Assembly: GCA_001662655.1 (NCBI GenBank)
Contig: KV460261.1
Length of the DNA: 20,000 nucleotides
DNA from: Pseudogymnoascus verrucosus
Lineage: Eukaryota
Direction: 5' to 3' (one strand)
Part shown: piece by piece, positions 19,579-20,000 of the stretch
How the letters are laid out: the number at the start of each line of letters is the position of its first letter
Position numbering within the stretch: the first letter of the stretch is position 1
The notes under the pieces: generated by a model
Told to the model about the DNA's origin: nothing
Seen by the model: the letters and a program-made list of their open reading frames with translations, nothing else
The model's database searches: none
Translations under genes and position numbers: made by a program

Positions 19579-20000
19579 GAGTCGCGCCGCAAGATCGAGG
19601 AACAACTCTATCTGGATCTCAGTTATACGTGTGACTATGTCCCATGGTCACTTCTTAAAGATCTCACAGCCTCGGCATTGTGGTGCGCACCAACATGGTA
19701 TGCCTCGAGTTTCTGTACGTGAGCAACCGAGCAGGCTCAATTTCGCTCTATTTCATATAAGTCTCTTTGACTGCGTCCCATTCAGAACCTTCTGCGGTAC
19801 TCGCCATTTACTTATGCTTTCCATACCACCCAGCATGTATATTATAATGTAAAACACTGTTCATATCTGCCTTCTTAGCCTCCTAAGACATTTGTCGCTC
19901 GTTTGCTGACTCTAGAGAGCGAAAAGCCTATTGGTAATAGTATAAAACGTATAATGGAGGTAGAATGGGTTTAGCGCGATAATAAGCAAGGACCTTCTCT

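Overview
Eukaryotic DNA from a filamentous ascomycete (inferred from short GT-AG introns with CTRAC branch sites, a Zn2Cys6 gene and RIP-type mutation). The first ~7.8 kb is core-like: a 5'-truncated PSO2/SNM1 cross-link repair nuclease, a 3-kb intergenic region, and a 3-exon MFS phosphate-transporter-like gene. The remaining ~12 kb looks accessory. In order it holds a heavily RIP-mutated AT-rich relic, an intact BTB/POZ gene, two different fused RecQ-like (telomere-linked-helicase type) pseudogene fragments, a small hypothetical gene, a divergent aldo-keto reductase / Zn2Cys6 regulator pair, a second RIP relic, and a DUF3505(OrsD)-ankyrin chimeric pseudogene. The best lead is a ~4.4-kb unit (about 9103-13541) carrying BTB plus the two RecQ remnants, bracketed by a 12-bp inverted repeat and an 8-9-bp direct repeat. 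It may be a helicase-encoding mobile element with cargo. All family calls are by motif recognition; no searches were run.
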